DNA of 59,702 nt from an uncultured Chloroflexia bacterium. GTDB lineage: Bacteria > Chloroflexota > Anaerolineae > B4-G1 > SLSP01. Positions 33,043 to 44,774 of this stretch are shown here, piece after piece. The stretch is from positions 1 through 59,702 of the forward strand of contig CAVVUS010000025.1 in the NCBI GenBank assembly GCA_963751345.1. Reading direction: 5' to 3'. The stretch's first letter is position 1. The number at the start of each line of letters is the position of its first letter. The translations under genes and the position numbers were made by a program. A model generated the notes under the pieces. It was not told where the DNA came from and did no database searches. It saw only the letters and a program-made list of their open reading frames with translations.

Positions 33043-34276
33043 CTATTGGACCTCGCCCGACGCGCCGGATAATGACAATGCCGTCGGCGGAATGGCGGCT
33101 GCTCCCTGAAGGGGCTCGACATAGTAGTAGTCGTGACGGAATCGCGCACCGTTGTACTCGTAAGTCGAGCTGAAAATGCCGTAGAACGGCATCGTGAATG
33201 TAGGTTGTCTCGGGCTTGACGTTCATCAGGTGGCCATTGACGTAGACGGCAAAGCCCGTGTCGTAGACACGGATCTCCCACTCGTTCCAGCCATTGGCGC
33301 TGCCCTCATACCACTGAAGCGCATCATAGCCCCAGTCCACGCCATAGCCGTCGCCCCCACCTGAGATGTTCCGGTGGCCGTCGATGCGAGCGAGGCCATA
33401 CTTGAGATAGCCACCCCAGATCACGTTGAGACGATAGTAGTGGGAGAAACAGCCGTTGGGGTCGGCCGCATTCCAGCGGTTCACACCGCAGAACGAGCCC
33501 TCATTGCCGCCAAAAACGATGCCGTATGAGGTCTCGTTCGCCTTGTGAACGACCTGCGTCAGCATCTTGATGCTATAAGGCGTTGCGGGCGCCGGTTGCA
33601 TCGGTGAGAAGATCGCGAAGTCGAACTTATCCTCGACGCGGGTGACGAGTTCGCCAACGCCGTAGTCCGCGGCCATCACACCGAGATCCCAGTAGCTCGT
33701 GCGCCGCGGTGCCCACCCCGTCTGGGGATAGTCAAAGTCGTCGCGTTTGCTAAGGAGCAACACTTGGAGGGGATCGCTGTACGGCCCTAGCCCCCAGACA
33801 TTGTGGGCCTGCACGCGATAGTTGAAGAACCCCATCGTGCCAAACGTCTTCTGGGGGAGGGTGAAGGGCACCTCCGACACCGGCACCGTATGCACCGTGG
33901 CACTCGTGAAATCAGCGTCTTGCGACTCCTCGAGCACGTATCCGTCAATCGGATATGCTTCCAGAGGTGCTGTAGCTTGCCACTGCAGGACAACCGGACT
34001 GTCCCAGATAGGGCTTTCGGCCGGACTGAAGACGGGCGAGTAGGGCACGGGAGGCCAACGCTTCACGATCATGGGCATGAAGACTTGGCTGCCGACCGTC
34101 GTGGTGACGGGCCCATCGCCTTGCTGAGCCAATTCAGAGAGTGGTGATGTCTCAGAGACCAACCTGCCTGCTGCTGACACGAGGCCAGCAGCAGGCAGGA
34201 AGGATAATCCGAGCAGACAAAGCGCCGCAAGGCGCCACGTCCATGTAGTCGTCGATCGCGGCCGATTCTCCTTCAT
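33043..34276 (-). CDS. Secreted protein: FMPMIVKRWPP motif, FN3-like domain, beta-sandwich lectin/DUF1080-like domain (frameshift near 33190)
   Basis: Signal peptide; QVFMPMIVKRWPPVPYSP; YVLEES..NYRVQAHNVWGLGPYS; DDFDYPQTGW...YGIVFGG...WNEWEI...VYVNG; corrected C-terminus PFYGIFSSTYEY...GEVQ*. Confidence 0.75.
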
Positions 34277-34305
34277 TCTCCCTCACACGTGGTAGTAGTT
34301 GTTGG

Positions 34306-36476
34306 TTATTGGACCTTGAACCAATCCCACTTTGTCGCCACGGCGCCGAGCTCGTTGAGCGAGGCGGCGTAGGTACCAAAGTAGCGGTCCGTGCTGTTGA
34401 TGTATGTGTGATCGGTAGCCTGACCCAGGAAGTGGTCATTCATGTAGATCTTGATGTTGTTGGTGGCGTCGTTGGTCACCACGATCTTCCACGTGTTCCA
34501 GCCACTGGAGTCGTAGCCAAAACCGGAGACCGGCGCATAGGCCCTCAGCGTCGTACCACGGCCCGAGCCCGTGGAGTCAACGTAGTCGATGCGCTTGAGC
34601 TCCCACTTGAGATCGCCCGCAGACTGATCCCAACTGACCAAGAGGCGATAGTAGTGGGTTAGACATCCGGTGGTGGTCCGCAGCGCGGGACACGGCGTAC
34701 CGTTGTTGCCGGAGAAGATGATCCCATAGGTCATCCCGGACTTGTGCTGGTACAACTGGCCATTGATGGTCTCCGAGTCCACGATGTCGGCGCGTGCCTC
34801 AATCGTGTACGGTGCGACCGGTCCCATTTCCATCGGTGAGAGAATCGACTTGTCACCGCGTCCCCAGATCAGATGGTAGAGCATGCCGTCCTTCCACACC
34901 GACTGCGGTGTCTGCAGGCCGTCAGTCTCATCGCTTCGCTTGAGGACCCAGCCTTCGACGCTGTTGGTGAACTCGTAGGAACGGCCTAGGAGAACGCTCT
35001 GCGTGTTGCTCCACTCCCCATAGCCGTAGATATTTCTGGCCCGGACCCGATAGTAGTAGGTGCCGCCAGGCATAGCCGTGAAGACCCTGGACAACCCCAC
35101 GACAGTGTAAGGTGGTGAGGTTCTGGGTGAATGCAGCATCCGAAGCCTGCTGCAACTGGTAGTCGATGGGAGACGGCACACTCGGCGACAGGCTACTGTA
35201 CGTCCAACTGACTGTGTAATCGCTGCCGGTCGGTGTGATCGGGTTCAGCACAGGCGTGTAGGGAACGGGCGGCCATCGTTTGGCGATGATCGGGAAGTAG
35301 AGGAGGATCTGGAGTTCTGGATCGTCACGGTGATCGTGTCCTGGCTAACCTCACCACCGGTGGCATAGGCGCGCTGTGCCATGCAGCGTTGTATTCACGC
35401 CATCCATCTCGGGAAGCGTCCAGTTATACGACCAATCCCACCATCCGCTGGGGTTGGCCGTCAGCGAAGCCACATGCCAGGTGACTCCGCTGTCGACGCT
35501 CACGGAGACAGCAACGGTCGCAGCATCCGCGAGATCGAGCTCGCCCAGAGATGCGGCACCGACATCCGCGCTCAGGTGCGACTGAGCGCACTCGTTGCGG
35601 TGACTGTAACCATCTGCACATCGCTCCAACGGCTTGGGCGGCCGGCTGAGATTGTAGGCTGCGACGCGGTAGTAGTAGGTGCCGAGCCCCTTGCCCGCGA
35701 TGAGATTGCTCGGTGTCAGCCACCTGAGACATGCAGTAGGACGTCGACGATCGAAGCCCTCCTAGGGGATTCCTGTAAGCACGAAGTTGACTGCATCGGC
35801 AGAAGCGGTCCAGTCCACGTTGTAGTCGCCAATGCCTCCGAAGTTACTGATCGGCAGGAGCACTGGGGCCTCAGGGAAGGGCGCGGGGTCGAACTGAGCC
35901 CAGGCGCGGCCCGTGACCGCCAACGTGTTGCCCTGACGGGTCTTGATGACCGCACCACTCTCGGGACTGAAGATCTGCAGACACCGGAGCCGGGCTAACG
36001 GTGAAGGAAGCAACGTTTGTAGTGGCCGCACCGTCAGAGTCCGAGGAGACCTCTGCAGTGTTGTTCACGACCGAGCTGGGCACGGCGGCCGCATCAAGCG
36101 TGACGTCGAAAGCTAGCAGTCACCGTCGTATTGGCGGCTAACGGTACCGCGCGTGAAGGTGATGTAGCCCGGGGTGGTGTTATCCACAACCCAACCGGCG
36201 AAATCGGGGGCCACACTGCCCAGCAGAGAATCCAGATGATCTCCAATCGTCACGATTGGCCACGGAGACTCCCGCCGTATTCGTGACGACGATCGTATAC
36301 TTCACCGTCTGACCAGGAGCCACCTCAGAAGCGCTCACACTCTTGTGGGCAGTGAGGGCCGCAGGTGCGGCCGAAACGGGGCCGCCTCGCATTCCCCAGA
36401 TCAGGGCCGTCGCCAATGTGCCTACCAGCAGCACGACGACAGCTATCTTCATATAGAGCCTTTGACTTTCAGTCAT
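34306..36476 (-). CDS. Large secreted multidomain protein (DUF11-like, Ig/FN3 repeats, YFPIIAKRWPP motif, lectin-like C-terminus), multiply frameshifted
   Basis: Signal peptide; KSVSASEVAPGQTVKYTIVVTN; VSVSVDSGVTW; QILLYFPIIAKRWPPVPYTP; YYYRVRARNIYGYGEWS; C-terminal domain paralogous to the downstream gene (SPM, YGIIF, HYYRL, GWNTW, YMND). Confidence 0.72.
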
Positions 36477-36747
36477 TACGTTACTCCTTTAGATTGGAAG
36501 TTGACCGCCCGAACATGATTACAGCCACATCTGGAACAACGGCCACTTCAGCAACTCGAAAGCCAATCCTCATCCGCCGAGGCGAGGTAGAGTGTGTATG
36601 TACTGGGATAGAACGGCAAACAAGGTCGGCAGCTATCGGCTTGGCAGACGCCCTCGCCTCGCTCTGTCGATCCGAATCACCGAGCACTTATACCATAAGT
36701 GGCGATTTGCGCCAACAGGGTGTAAGGGACTGTTCATCTCGTTTTTC

Positions 36748-39115
36748 TTATGGGTCCACCTCCAATCTCGTTAGCAGCACTCTGTCAGAAGGTCCGCCAT
36801 CAACCGGCAAACGGTCAAGCGTGAGAAGATCGTACATGCCTACGTAGACATCCAGGCCATCCGGCTCCTCCGCAGGGTCGAGATCGATAGTGTGCTCGTC
36901 GCGGATCACCTCGCCGGCCTCCCATAGACTCGTCGGCGCGTGCGCGCACGCAGGCGCGCTGTCATTCTGAGCAATCAACTCCTCTTGGCGTACGAGATGG
37001 GTGAAGACCTGGTAGTTGCGCCCTGGTGAGACCAACGCCTGCCAATAGAGCACAACAGAAACCGACGGTCGGCTATCCTGTACCGTTGTCTGCACATCGA
37101 ATCCCAACAGGCGGGCGACCCCACCAAAGGCCTGACCCGCCGGATGGCTGCCTACCTGGTCCATCCCGTAGCCAAACGGTACCTGGGCTCCGACGGTGGT
37201 CATCCGATCGTACGAGGCAGCGTAGTCGGCAGCATTCAGCACCAGCGGGTCACCTGTAGGCGCCTGGCGCTGGTAGATGCTGATCTTGGGCATTCCCCCG
37301 ACCTCGACCTGAGCAACTAGCGTGTACTCACTCTGGAGTTCGTCCGTATCAATGGCAACCTCATCCTGCACGTTGTCGGCGACCACGTAGACATCGGGAT
37401 GACCGCACATCGTGCGCGATGCGCTGCGCACGTACCACGTCGTGATCTCCGGTTCCTCATTGCTGGCATAGGTCCCACGCAGCACACCTTCAGCGAAAAG
37501 CTGCTCGACAGCCTTCCATCCGGCTCGATAGGGAAACCCGAAGTGCCCGTACGGCGGGAGCTCGTCGTCGGAAAAGGGCACCGGATAAAGGGCGAGACGG
37601 CTCTCAGGCCACGCCCGCTTATATTCTACACCATGATTGACAAAAACAATGACCGTATAGCCAGCGCATAGCGCATACCATACACCCGCGGTCGCAACCA
37701 GCACCCCGCGCCAGCGTAAGGTAAGCCACGATGCCATCTGTGACAGCGCCGCACCCGCCAAGATGGCGGCACCGGGGTAGAACGTGTAGACGTGCGTTCG
37801 CGGATCTGCGACGACAAAGCAGTAGAAGAGAAAAGGAACCGCGAACATAGCCACGCAGCACTATCGCCCAGGCGTAAGCACGGCTGCCACGACGATGAGA
37901 AGCGCCATGCCCACGACGAGGATGAGCGCATTGTAGAAGGTGCTCATGCGCCACACGCTCACCAGGCTGTCATGAAAGAGGCCGCCCCCGAGACGACCGC
38001 CTGCGAGATAGGAGAAGGTCCGCGAGAACATCGGATCGGTGACATAGGGCAGATAGAACGATGCCAGGATCGCGGTCCCCACCAGGCACGCGATCAGCAG
38101 ATTTCGTACGTGCCGTCCGAGGCTTAGGCGGAGACCGCATACCGGGCTGCCACATGGCTCGAACAAGGATGACCAGTCCGGCGGGCGCAAAGAGAATCGC
38201 GTCGTAATGTGCCAATAGCCCGTAGGCCAGGAAAACAGCAGCAAGGACCAGGTGGGAGAGACGCGAGCGGCGCCGGTATCTCAGCAACCACAGGAGCGCA
38301 AGTCCCCCCATAGCTACGACGAAGTTCTGATACTGCACGATACGGGAGAACGCGACGAGGAACCCGTTGATCGCCGCGAGGAGTCCGGCGACGATCCCGG
38401 CAACGAGCGCCGTCGAGGGCTTCGTCCGTTCGCCGGCCCATCGTGCACCCAAACAGGTGACGACGAGCACCGAAAGCATCCCCGCCAGTGCAAAGGGCGC
38501 GCGCATCTGCCACTCGGTCACCGTCCCTGTCAGCGCCCATAGTGAGATCGGGACGAGGATCTCGACGGGTCCCTTCTGATGCAGGAAGAGCTCACCATCG
38601 TCACCGGCCAAAGCCAGATCTGCCCGTTGCATCACTACGGCTTCATCGCCCTGGAACTCGCTGTAGTTGAGGTTCGTCACCCTGACGAGCGCCGCGACGA
38701 GGAGCACGCCCGCCACGGCGGTGTGCCACCATGTTGGCCGGCGCTCAGGGTCAGGGGCATGGTGGTGTGGGAGCAGCGAAGGGAGAACGCTCAGGGCCAG
38801 GTAGGCGACCGCGGCAACACCTGTCGGGAAGGGACCAGGGATCAGATGCAGCAGCAACGTCACGAGTCCCGATCCGACAAAGGCTAACCCCAGACCCCCT
38901 GCGGAGCGCTCCAGCATAGGACCGCTCAGACACCACGACCAAGCGAGCGCCGGCAGCAACCACAGCAGCGCGAAAGCGGCAGCAAACCTGAGAACCTGGG
39001 GGACTTCCCAGCCGACCTTTGGCGCCTGGGTCAGGGCCACACAGATCAAGGACAGCCCAATGACGAGCCAGCGTCGGCGGCTAAGGGGGCGCCGGTGCGC
39101 GATATTGCCGCTCAT
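36748..39115 (-). CDS. GT-C fold (PMT/ArnT-like) glycosyltransferase with C-terminal Ig-like domain, frameshifted
   Basis: EFQGDEA, HQKGP, RAPFALAG, FSRIVQY, many TM helices; tail VLYWQAL...YQVFTHL...IAQND...WEAGEVIRDEH...VGMYD. Confidence 0.82.
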
Positions 39116-40792
39116 GGGCTCGGCTCCGGTCGCACGTCGTAGAGGTTGATCGAATAGCCGATCCGTACGTCAGGCTCGCGATCCCTGAAATAGGCGAAGA
39201 AGTGCTTGTCCATCAGGGGAATCTCCACAAGATTGGAGACACTGATCGCGTAGAGACCGGACTCAGGCATCGCCTCATCGAATGTGGGGGGCTCAAACCA
39301 CATGTTGAAGTAATGGGGTAGCCCCGGGAGCGGCCGATAGTCCGTAATCCCATAGCGCTCCGGGTAACTGCTACCAAACCAGGACAGGTAGAGCGGCACA
39401 TCAGGCGGGTTCTCCTGCAGGTAGGTGCTGAGATCCTTCAGATCCTGGCCCCAGTCGATATTGGAGTCCGCGATCACGCGCCAGCCTTGGGCAGGCCCGC
39501 CTGCGATCGGGTTGAAGTAGGAAAGAAAGTGCGGTGATATCCAAACGGTCTCTGCTGCCAGCCAGAGAAGCAAGACAAGCCCCAGACGTCGCCAGCGTAT
39601 GCCGGTGAGGCGGCCGAACCGCTGAGCTGCCCACACATAGAGCAGCGGCAGCGTAGGCAGCAAGTGCCGATACCCGATATCGAGTTCGCTGCTCAGGGCC
39701 GACAGCCAATAGACGGCGACGGGAAGCAGAAGAAAGAGCGCGATGTGCCCACGCTTCCGGGTCGCCGGCGAGAGTGCCACGAGGGGCAGCATCAAGAGCA
39801 CGGGAAGAGGCGTCTTGACGCCGAAGGTGATCGGAAAATAGGTAACCCAGCCCCCAAGACGCGTCTCGCCCCAGGAGATAGGAGGCCCGTCCGCCCTGCA
39901 CGTTCCGGAAGACGGCGAGGATGCCCGCCCAGTACGATCCCATCGGTACGAGTCGCCTGCCGCCCTGGACAGCCGTCGCGGACTGGAACCCGTAGGTAGC
40001 CCAGACGACCACCAGGGCGACGAGGGTGACGGCGAGATACAGAAGCCCCCGTCGTATGAGGCGCACCGGCCAGCGCCGGGTAGAGCCCGCGGGCCTAGGC
40101 AAACCGTGAACGGAGTAGAGCGCATCGCCGACGAAGATCAGGCCAAAGGCCCCCCAGAAGACCAGACCCGAGGTCTTGCTGCCCAGCATCAAGCCCGTCA
40201 CTGCGCCCACCAGCGCGACACCGAGTGCTGTGGGTGCCTTCAGAACATGCCAAAGGACGTAGGCCGCAAGCAACACCATGAAGGTGATGCCCAGGTCCGT
40301 CGTGGCCAGACTGCCGTGAGCAAGGATATTCGGGTCCAACAGCACCAGGGCGGGGGCCGCCAGCGCAGCCATACGTCCCCCAAGTTCCCGTGCCCAACGA
40401 CTTGCCAGCGCGCCAAGCAACAGCGTTAGCGCGATCACAGGCGTGCGTGCCAGAAAGACCATACGATCCGGCAGCGAGTTGACCTGCCATAGAAACAGGT
40501 CTGCAAACCGATACCAGTCGCCGGTCTCCCAGGAGTCATCGTCGAGGGGCAGGACAACGCCCCGCCCGAGAGGTAGGGCCTCAAGCAAGTTGATCAGTGG
40601 CGGGTGCTCGACGCTGAGCCGTGGATTGCCGGTACGGAGGAAAGCATAGCCCCGGGCAATGTGGTTCTGCTCATCCATCGTCGGCGACTGAGCCTGCGCG
40701 TTATAGGTCAGGAATCCGAAAGCGACCAGCAGCACGCCTAACAGAATGCACCGCCGTAGCCAGGCCCGGGCCGTCGCATCGTCGCGTCTCAC
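39112..40792 (-). CDS. GT-C fold (ArnT/PMT-like) glycosyltransferase (frameshift near 39870)
   Basis: SPTMDEQNH, EHPPL, DPNILAHGSLATTD, YFPITFGVKTP, IGYRHLLP, LSYFN, DSNIDWGQDL, IGYSI. Confidence 0.88.
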
Positions 40793-40796
40793 GCTT

Positions 40797-42758
40797 CTAG
40801 TCTGTTCGAAGGTCAATGTCACCCACGTCGAGATAGGGTCGCCCATCCAACACCGGGTAGGGCACCAGCGTTTGGCGGTCGTAGAGGCCAATGCGCAGCC
40901 TGACCTGTTGCGTCTCGAGATCGCCCGGAAGTTGGATCCGGTGTACCTGCACGATTGTGTCCTGCGGCGCCCAAAAGCGAGCCGGACAATCCATCCCATC
41001 GTGCTGAGCCACGAGATCGCCCTCGTCGTCGACCGCATGGACGAAGATCTTGAGATCGGGATGGGTCTCACCTACAACCCGCCAGATCGACACGACGGTC
41101 AGCGTGTCCCCCGGTCGCGGGGCCTCGGCGGGAAGCACCACGTCGAGCAGCGTGAGCCCTCCCCGGAAGGCCACCGGCTCCCGCGCGGAGATGGCCTGGT
41201 ATGCGGGCTGATATCGCCGAAACGAGCCAAGATCCGGCGTCTCACCCTCTATGCCTGGGCTCAGATACGGCGACAGTGCATCAGCCAATGGCACGACCGT
41301 AGGGATCAGGATCGCCCCTCCGTCGGCAGGCAACACAAGCCCCCCTCCGGCCCCTAGCGGGCTCCCGGGATCACACCACCGCACGCGTACATCCTTCCTT
41401 CGCATCAGGAGATCGAGGCTCGGTGCATCCATCGTCGTGGCGGACAGCCCTCCAATCGTCGCAGACGTGACGTCCCCATGATCGTCCAACCAACCGGCCA
41501 CTGCATCGAGATCCCCCTGCCACACGAATCGGACCTCGGGAATCTCGGGCCATCGCACAAAATAGTCTCGCGCGGTAAGCCCAACATTGGCGAGCCCGCT
41601 CACCAGAACAACCGCTACACCGGCTCCCTGCCACGTAGGACCGAACCGTCGTAACAGCGGCAAGACGGAGGCCGCGGCGATGCCGGGCAGGGCCATCACT
41701 GCAGGCAGCGCACCCAACGTCCGCACGAAATTGGGTGCCTCCGTCGTCATCAACGAGGGCAGAGACAAAGCGCCCACCCAAAGCAGCAAGCCACTGTAGC
41801 GGACATCCCGGAAACGGACCAAAGCCACGCCAGCGCCCAGATAGAAGAGCGCAGCCCACACCGGCTCGGGGAACACCGGTCGAAGCGTAAGGTTGTTCCT
41901 TTCGGTGGCATCGCCCGCCACCGAAAACATCCCCAGGATTCGGGGGACGTTGGCCAATACCGGCTTGAAATCCCCGCCCAGCAGTGCCTGCAGCGGAGCA
42001 TTGACCTCATAGACGCGTGTTTGCTCGTTTTTGTTCCGCGTCAGGTAGATGACCAGGGGCGATGCCATGACCGCAGCTACTACCACTATCAGCAAGAGCG
42101 CGCGCCATCGACGTCGGAATCGCTCGCGATCGAGCAGAGCAAGTAGGAGGCCGAGCCCCAGGAGAAGGAAGGGCACGCCACGAGCCGCCAGATACGTATA
42201 GGCGGATAGCCCAAACCACGCGCCGGAAACGACCGCGTTTCGGCCAGGTTTCCGCCCCTGCCATGCTGCCCAGAGCGCATCGACCCCCAGCAACATCGTG
42301 AGCGGCAAGAGCATGCCCCTGAGGCCCACCCGGCTCCAGAAGACGGGCCACAGCATAACCCCGAGCCCAGCAGCCGTGACCAGGGACTCCAGGCGGCCAA
42401 ACCAGTGCCTGGCCCAGCGCGCCCCCGCCGCCACGGTCAGAAGTCCCACGGTCGCGGAGACAAAGCGCAGGGCCAGCACGTTGCGGCCCAAGAGAGCAAT
42501 CGACCCTGCGACGAGGTAGAGGAAGAGCGGCTCTTGACCGTAGGCCTGGTGGAAGAAGATAGCGTGCTGACCGGAGAGGATGCCCTCGGCAATCTCGACC
42601 TCGGCAACCTCGTCGTGTTCGATGCCCGGCGGAAATCCGGGAAGAGCAGCAAATCGTAGAAGCGCTGCCACCAGAAGCACGACCGTCAGAGAGAGGATGT
42701 ACCGCCGTTTTCCCTTCGAAGGTGTCTGACGCAGCTCGTCTCTTGCAGACTCACCCAA
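40797..42758 (-). CDS. GT-C fold (PMT/ArnT-like) glycosyltransferase with C-terminal Ig-like domain
   Basis: PPGIEHDEV, GQEPLF, ALRFVSA, WSRVGLR, YTYLAAR, PNFVRT; tail KIFVHAVD...VAQHD...LRIGLYD. Probable TTG start overlapping the mtaB stop. Confidence 0.88.
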   Translation of the reverse strand: MGESARDELRQTPSKGKRRYILSLTVVLLVAALLRFAALPGFPPGIEHDEVAEVEIAEGILSGQHAIFFHQAYGQEPLFLYLVAGSIALLGRNVLALRFVSATVGLLTVAAGARWARHWFGRLESLVTAAGLGVMLWPVFWSRVGLRGMLLPLTMLLGVDALWAAWQGRKPGRNAVVSGAWFGLSAYTYLAARGVPFLLLGLGLLLALLDRERFRRRWRALLLIVVVAAVMASPLVIYLTRNKNEQTRVYEVNAPLQALLGGDFKPVLANVPRILGMFSVAGDATERNNLTLRPVFPEPVWAALFYLGAGVALVRFRDVRYSGLLLWVGALSLPSLMTTEAPNFVRTLGALPAVMALPGIAAASVLPLLRRFGPTWQGAGVAVVLVSGLANVGLTARDYFVRWPEIPEVRFVWQGDLDAVAGWLDDHGDVTSATIGGLSATTMDAPSLDLLMRRKDVRVRWCDPGSPLGAGGGLVLPADGGAILIPTVVPLADALSPYLSPGIEGETPDLGSFRRYQPAYQAISAREPVAFRGGLTLLDVVLPAEAPRPGDTLTVVSIWRVVGETHPDLKIFVHAVDDEGDLVAQHDGMDCPARFWAPQDTIVQVHRIQLPGDLETQQVRLRIGLYDRQTLVPYPVLDGRPYLDVGDIDLRTD

Positions 42759-44007
42759 GTGGAACCTTCCCCACGACGTAGTCCCGCTCAGCACGTACGA
42801 GTCGCGTGGGCGTGATCGTGTTATATAGGTCCCGCGAATCCTCTGTCCTCACCTCGATGTAATTGTCGGTCCACCCCACCCACCGGCCATCACGGCTCCG
42901 AGGCTCCCAGAGGACGGGCACCACATCGTCGATGAAACGCGCACGATAGGCGGCAGCCAAATGGCGACCTAAGACTCGCAGATGGTGCGCTCGCGCTTTG
43001 CGCTCCGCGACGTCCACTGCATCGGGCAGCCGCGCAGCCGGGGTACCCGCCCTTTCGGAGTAGGGGAAGACGTGGAGACGAGCGAACCCACATGCCTCGA
43101 CCAGGTCGACAGTGGCGGCATAGTCGGCCTCTGTCTCTCCGGGAAAGCCGACGATGATGTCCGTGGTGATCGCGATGTCAGGGGAGATGTCCCTCGCCGC
43201 CGCCACCAGATCAAGGTAGGCGCCTGCCGTCGTACGCCGTCCCATCCGCCTCAACACCGCATCCGAGCCCGACTGAAGCGGCAGATGGAGCTGCCGGCAC
43301 AGCCGACCCTCGGCCAAGAGTCTCAGCAGCGCCGCACTGACGTCCCAGGGCTCAATCGAGGAGAGACGCAACCGATGGAGATCCGTCTCAGCCAGGATAC
43401 GACGCGCCAACATCGCCAATCCGTCGTCCATCCCGAGGTCACGCCCATAGGCGCCGAGGCTCACGCCGGTCAGGATGACCTCCCTGGCCCCGTGGGCAAC
43501 GAACTCGCGGACCGCGCCGACCGTCTCCTCCGGGGGACGACTGCGCGCGGGACCGCGCAGCAGCCGGGTCACACAGAACGTGCAGGCGTGATCGCAACCG
43601 TCTTGCACGCCGAGGAAAGCGCGGGTATGTCCCCACCGCCCGGGCGCCCACGGCGCGAGCTTTGGGGGAAGCACCCCCGCCACAATCGCCGCAACCGCAT
43701 CGCGCTTGTCGGCATTGGGCACCACCCATCGAACACCCTCTATCTGGCGGGCGCGATCCGGAGATTCGGTGGCCCAACAGCCTGTGACCGCGACATCGGC
43801 CCTCGGATTCTCGCGCCGCAGCGTGCGTAACCGGTGCCGGCTTTTTCGGGCAGCCTGCGCCGTCACCGCACACGAGTTCAACACGATGACGTCGGCCTGC
43901 ACGGGCTCTGAGATGACTTCGTGGCCCAGCCCGACAAACTGCCGAGCCAGATGCTCCACCTCGGCAGTATTCAGACGGCAGCCCATCGCCTCAAGGTAAA
44001 CGCGCAA
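42751..44007 (-). CDS. mtaB: tRNA t6A37 methylthiotransferase MtaB (radical SAM)
   Basis: GCRLN..E, NSCAVT, TGC, QDGCDHACTFC, RLSSIEP, HLPLQSGSD, DIIVGFPGET, HVFPYSERAGT. Confidence 0.88.
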   Translation of the reverse strand: MRVYLEAMGCRLNTAEVEHLARQFVGLGHEVISEPVQADVIVLNSCAVTAQAARKSRHRLRTLRRENPRADVAVTGCWATESPDRARQIEGVRWVVPNADKRDAVAAIVAGVLPPKLAPWAPGRWGHTRAFLGVQDGCDHACTFCVTRLLRGPARSRPPEETVGAVREFVAHGAREVILTGVSLGAYGRDLGMDDGLAMLARRILAETDLHRLRLSSIEPWDVSAALLRLLAEGRLCRQLHLPLQSGSDAVLRRMGRRTTAGAYLDLVAAARDISPDIAITTDIIVGFPGETEADYAATVDLVEACGFARLHVFPYSERAGTPAARLPDAVDVAERKARAHHLRVLGRHLAAAYRARFIDDVVPVLWEPRSRDGRWVGWTDNYIEVRTEDSRDLYNTITPTRLVRAERDYVVGKVPLG

Positions 44008-44105
44008 AATCAGCCGCCCGGCTCAGTATGCCCGCGCTGCTCGCAGGCACCGACCGTCCACCCCTGGGGTTGCCATCTCGACCTCTCCCGATGCTAGCGC
44101 CTTCA

Positions 44106-44774
44106 TCAGGGCACCGGCTCAACGTCCAGGTTGTCGAATGCCACCACAACGTCCCCCTCCGTGAATGCGCCGGCGTAGAGACCGATGCTCCCCTGGTCCA
44201 AGGTCACGTCCTCGACTTGGGCCACCGATTGGCCGTTGACGCGAAAGTCGAATTGCCCCCCTTGGGCCACGACCTCGAGCCGGTTGGTAGCTTCGCCCTG
44301 TTGGACAGCCTCGCTGGGCACCCAGTCCGGACCGAGGACGATCCAGGTTCCGCCGTCATAGCGCGCGATCCGTGCGTAGCCATCACCGCTGACCGAAAAC
44401 GCCATGAAATGGCCATCATCCTTCATCCTGATCAGCACGCCATACTCGTTATCGAGTGGCCCCGAGATCTGGGTCGCCTCCACGGTGAGATGTAGGTCGC
44501 GCCACGAGCGCTCCGAAGAAGCCCACGCAATCTGTCCGGGCTCAATGACGTGCACCTGCAGCGCGCCATCGGCGACCGTCACATCCGCAACGGCGTCGGA
44601 TCCCATGACCCAGCCGGAAGCATCATCGAACGTGACAAGCCAGGCCTCCGCCGGTGCCTGCCCCGCTGACCCGCACCCGGTCAAGATGATGAGGATCCAC
44701 ACGACCGCAACGGGCACGAAGGGCCGATGCCACTTCCATACATCGCCGAGAGAATGTGATAGGGCCGTCGTCAT
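44106..44774 (-). CDS. Lipoprotein with DUF1080-like beta-sandwich domain
   Basis: Lipobox ILTGC; FDDASGW; YGVLIR; F.VSGDG; NRLEV; FRVNG; GSIGL; FDNL. Confidence 0.78.
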   Translation of the reverse strand: MTTALSHSLGDVWKWHRPFVPVAVVWILIILTGCGSAGQAPAEAWLVTFDDASGWVMGSDAVADVTVADGALQVHVIEPGQIAWASSERSWRDLHLTVEATQISGPLDNEYGVLIRMKDDGHFMAFSVSGDGYARIARYDGGTWIVLGPDWVPSEAVQQGEATNRLEVVAQGGQFDFRVNGQSVAQVEDVTLDQGSIGLYAGAFTEGDVVVAFDNLDVEPVP

